Below, in pieces: positions 59,335-64,000 of a DNA stretch of 64,000 nt (the stretch's first letter is position 1; every line of letters starts with the position of its first letter). Position numbers and translations under genes: made by a program. The DNA lies in the NCBI GenBank assembly GCA_036687665.1, contig JAYYZZ010000004.1, positions 22,330-86,329 on the forward strand. Reading direction: 5' to 3'. Source of the DNA: Pseudomonadota bacterium (GTDB lineage: Bacteria > Pseudomonadota > Gammaproteobacteria > Poriferisulfidales > JAYYZZ01). A model generated the notes under the pieces. That model was given only the letters and a program-made list of their open reading frames with translations. It made no database searches and had not been told where the DNA came from.

Positions 59335-60627
59335 TTAGAGACGTATAAGCTCTATTTCTTCTGGTTTATCTTTTCTTGGCAATTTCGACATGACATCAAA
59401 TACAATGCCGTTTTTATTGTTCACAAGCATTTTCATAGCTTCCCATCCTCCGTCTATATATTCTTGATGCGCTACAGCAAGCAGGACTAAATCTGACGGA
59501 GCTAAGGCATCATAGACAGTCATATCCATTTTATATAACTTCTTTACCTCATTTGTGTCAGCTAGTGAGTCATGTATTTGAATATTGCACTTTTTTTGAT
59601 CTAAGAATCGATACACATCTAATACTTTGCTGTTTCTGAGGTCCGGCACATTTTGTTTAAAAGTAAGCCCAAGTATTATAATTTGGCTGTCTTTTGCAGC
59701 TTTCCCTTTGTTTTCCAGATGGTCGATGATCTGCTGACCAACAAGGTCTCCCATTTCGTCATTAATACTTCTGCCCGACAGAATGACTTTGGGATTGTGT
59801 CCTATTTTGTTTGCCTTATACGTTAAGTAATAAGGGTCTACTCCAATACAGTGCCCGCCTACTAAACCTGGTTTGAAATTAGAAAAATTCCATTTTGTTG
59901 CTGCTGCCTCAATTACATCAGTAGTATCTAAACCCATTTTTTTACAAATTATTGAAAGCTCATTCATTAGCGCAATATTCAGATCTCTTTGTGTGTTTTC
60001 AATTACTTTTGCTGTTTCTGCGATCCTTATACTGCTAACCATATGAGTGCCAACAGGTATAATAGATTGGTATAAGTGATCGACATATTTAGCAGCCTGA
60101 TCATTAGAGCCGGAAGTGACTTTTACTATATTAATTATTCTATGGTTTTTGTCTCCAGGGTTTATTCTCTCAGGACTATAACCAACTAAAAAATCTTCAT
60201 TTATTGTAAGGTTTGAAGAAGCTTCTAGTATTGGTATGCATATTTCTTCAGTCGCACCCGGGTACACAGTCGATTCATAAATGACAAGATCCCCTTTTTT
60301 TATGATGCTTCCTACTGTTTTGCTGGCAGATTTGACTAAACTTAAATCTGGATGTTTATTTTCATCTATTGGTGTTGGAACGGTTATTATATAGATATCC
60401 GAATCGCGAATGTCTTCAGCATTGTTAGAAAAAATTAGCTTTTTTGCAGATTTAATATCAGAAGAGCCAACTTCATTTGTGCTATCCTGATTCAACTTTA
60501 AATTATTTATACGCTGCTCATTAATATCATAACCAATCGTTTTTGTCCTTTTTCCAAATTCTACAGCGAGTGGTAGCCCAACATAACCGAGGCCGATAAT
60601 TGATATTTTTTTTTCTGTTATTTCCAC
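59335..60627 (-). CDS. nucleotide-sugar 6-dehydrogenase, TviB/WbpO/CapL-like
   Basis: 430 aa. Motif ISIIGLGYVGLPLAVEFGK. Catalytic Cys retained in GLVGGHCIGVDPYYL. Confidence 0.88.
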   Translation of the reverse strand: MEITEKKISIIGLGYVGLPLAVEFGKRTKTIGYDINEQRINNLKLNQDSTNEVGSSDIKSAKKLIFSNNAEDIRDSDIYIITVPTPIDENKHPDLSLVKSASKTVGSIIKKGDLVIYESTVYPGATEEICIPILEASSNLTINEDFLVGYSPERINPGDKNHRIINIVKVTSGSNDQAAKYVDHLYQSIIPVGTHMVSSIRIAETAKVIENTQRDLNIALMNELSIICKKMGLDTTDVIEAAATKWNFSNFKPGLVGGHCIGVDPYYLTYKANKIGHNPKVILSGRSINDEMGDLVGQQIIDHLENKGKAAKDSQIIILGLTFKQNVPDLRNSKVLDVYRFLDQKKCNIQIHDSLADTNEVKKLYKMDMTVYDALAPSDLVLLAVAHQEYIDGGWEAMKMLVNNKNGIVFDVMSKLPRKDKPEEIELIRL

Positions 60628-60630
60628 TAT

Positions 60631-61638
60631 CTAATTATTGTAATATTCAAGATACCAATCAACAAATTTATTGATTCCTTCATTAACTGTAGTTTTTGGT
60701 TCATACCCGTGGTCATTTACTAGGTCACTTACATCAGCAAAAGTGTCCGGTACATCTCCAGGCTGGAGTGGTAGAAAATTTTTATTAGCTTCTCTTCCTA
60801 AAAATTTTTCTATTGATTGAATATATTCCATCAAATTTATAGGGTTGTTATTTCCAATATTATAAATTCTCCAAGGCGCATTACTGCTCGCGGGGTCTGG
60901 GTTATTGCTATCCCAGTCAGAATTTTTTGTTGCAGGAGCTTCAATTACATTGGTTATACCTGCAACAATGTCGTCAATATAGGTAAAATCTCTTGTATGT
61001 TTACCGTTGTTAAAAACATCTATAGTTTCGTTATTTAATATTGCTTTTGTAAATTTGAATAATGCCATGTCAGGCCTTCCCCACGGCCCATATACTGTAA
61101 AAAAGCGTAACCCTGTAGTCGGCATGTTGTAAAGATGACTGTATGAATGCGCCATCATCTCATTAGCTTTTTTTGTTGCTGCGTATAACGAAAGAGGGTG
61201 GTTGATATTATCGTGCTCAGAGAAAGGTAATTTTGTATTTCCACCATATACAGAGCTGCTAGAAGCATAAATCAAATGTTTAATGGAATCTTTTTTACAT
61301 TGTTCAAGTATATTTGCAAATCCTACGATATTAGAATTTATATATGCTTTTGGATTCTCGAGAGAATATCTAACACCCGCTTGTGCTGCTAAATGTACAA
61401 CATATTCTGGTTTAAATTCTGTAAATATTTCGTCTAATTTTTCAGCTTCACAGATGTTTTCACGTATATGAGCATATTTTTTGTATATAAAGCATCTAGA
61501 AACCCTATCCTCTTTCAATTTTGGGTCATAATAGTCGTCATGATTATCCACCCCGATTATAGTGTGGTCTTGCTCGAGCAGAGAGAGAGCAAGAGCTGAC
61601 CCTATAAAACCAGCTGCACCTGTTACTAGAATCTTCAT
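60631..61638 (-). CDS. NAD-dependent epimerase, UDP-glucuronate 4-epimerase (CapI/LpsL)-like
   Basis: 335 aa. Motifs [31 protein letters not shown] and YAATKKANE. Confidence 0.82.
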   Translation of the reverse strand: MKILVTGAAGFIGSALALSLLEQDHTIIGVDNHDDYYDPKLKEDRVSRCFIYKKYAHIRENICEAEKLDEIFTEFKPEYVVHLAAQAGVRYSLENPKAYINSNIVGFANILEQCKKDSIKHLIYASSSSVYGGNTKLPFSEHDNINHPLSLYAATKKANEMMAHSYSHLYNMPTTGLRFFTVYGPWGRPDMALFKFTKAILNNETIDVFNNGKHTRDFTYIDDIVAGITNVIEAPATKNSDWDSNNPDPASSNAPWRIYNIGNNNPINLMEYIQSIEKFLGREANKNFLPLQPGDVPDTFADVSDLVNDHGYEPKTTVNEGINKFVDWYLEYYNN

Positions 61639-61713
61639 GATGGAATTTCTGTTATATTTTTCTGAAAATATGAGCGATTACTGGACATTAACTATTATAA
61701 CTATATATGAATT

Positions 61714-63854
<2,141 letters not shown>

Positions 63855-63891
63855 TACCTCTTTCTATCATTCACAGTTTTGAGTAAAGAAC

Positions 63892-64000
63892 ATGAACTTA
63901 ATCATAAGTAATGCGTATGCACAAAGTGCGCCGGCAGGCGGCGGAACAAGCATGTTGCTCATGTTACTTATATTTTTTGCCATTATGTATTTTATGATCA
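63892..64000 (+). CDS. yajC: preprotein translocase subunit YajC, N-terminal fragment (runs off the window)
   Basis: My own translation: MNLIISNAYAQSAPAGGGTSMLLMLLIFFAIMYFMI. Conserved queA-tgt-yajC order. Confidence 0.8.
   Translation, partial: MNLIISNAYAQSAPAGGGTSMLLMLLIFFAIMYFMI

Overview
AT-rich, densely coding bacterial chromosome segment. I found no rRNA, tRNA, CRISPR array, integrase or transposase. Two conserved housekeeping blocks with gammaproteobacterial (Pseudomonas-like) gene order flank a ~48 kb accessory surface-glycan island. Left block (1-13579, all + strand): tilS (3' end)-pyrG-kdsA-eno-ftsB-ispD-ispF-tsaB-miaA-hfq-hflX-hflK-hflC-DUF2065-hisZ-purA. Right block (61714-64000): queA-tgt-yajC (5' end). 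The island (13572-61638) holds about 45 genes in seven tightly packed, often translationally coupled runs. It has only two canonical GT4 glycosyltransferases and one Wzm/Wzt-type ABC exporter, and it is dominated by tailoring enzymes. These include an AsnB-type amidotransferase; an SxtJ-like/DUF5989/NodU-CmcH carbamoyltransferase trio plus a second orphan DUF5989 (both DUF5989 ORFs are ~50 aa and missing from the ORF track); six N-terminally membrane-anchored SGNH/GDSL-fold paralogs; four PhyH/2OG-Fe(II) oxygenase-like proteins; a membrane di-iron fatty-acid-hydroxylase-family protein; five methyltransferase-like proteins; a Glf-like mutase; and several families with no recognisable function, including two ~480 aa paralogs. 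A second sub-locus (47566-58104) encodes SIS isomerase, Fsa-type transaldolase, two SDRs, a cytidylyltransferase-PfkB kinase fusion (HldE domains in reversed order), Gfo/Idh/MocA, a UGDH-family protein that appears to lack the catalytic Cys, an atypical SDR, a methyltransferase and a split transketolase. This set parallels the lincomycin NDP-octose logic (LmbR/N/P/O/M/L/Z) at least as well as a plain heptose pathway, so I flag it as a candidate higher-carbon NDP-sugar route. All calls rest on reading motifs in the supplied translations. No alignments, HMM searches or composition statistics were run.
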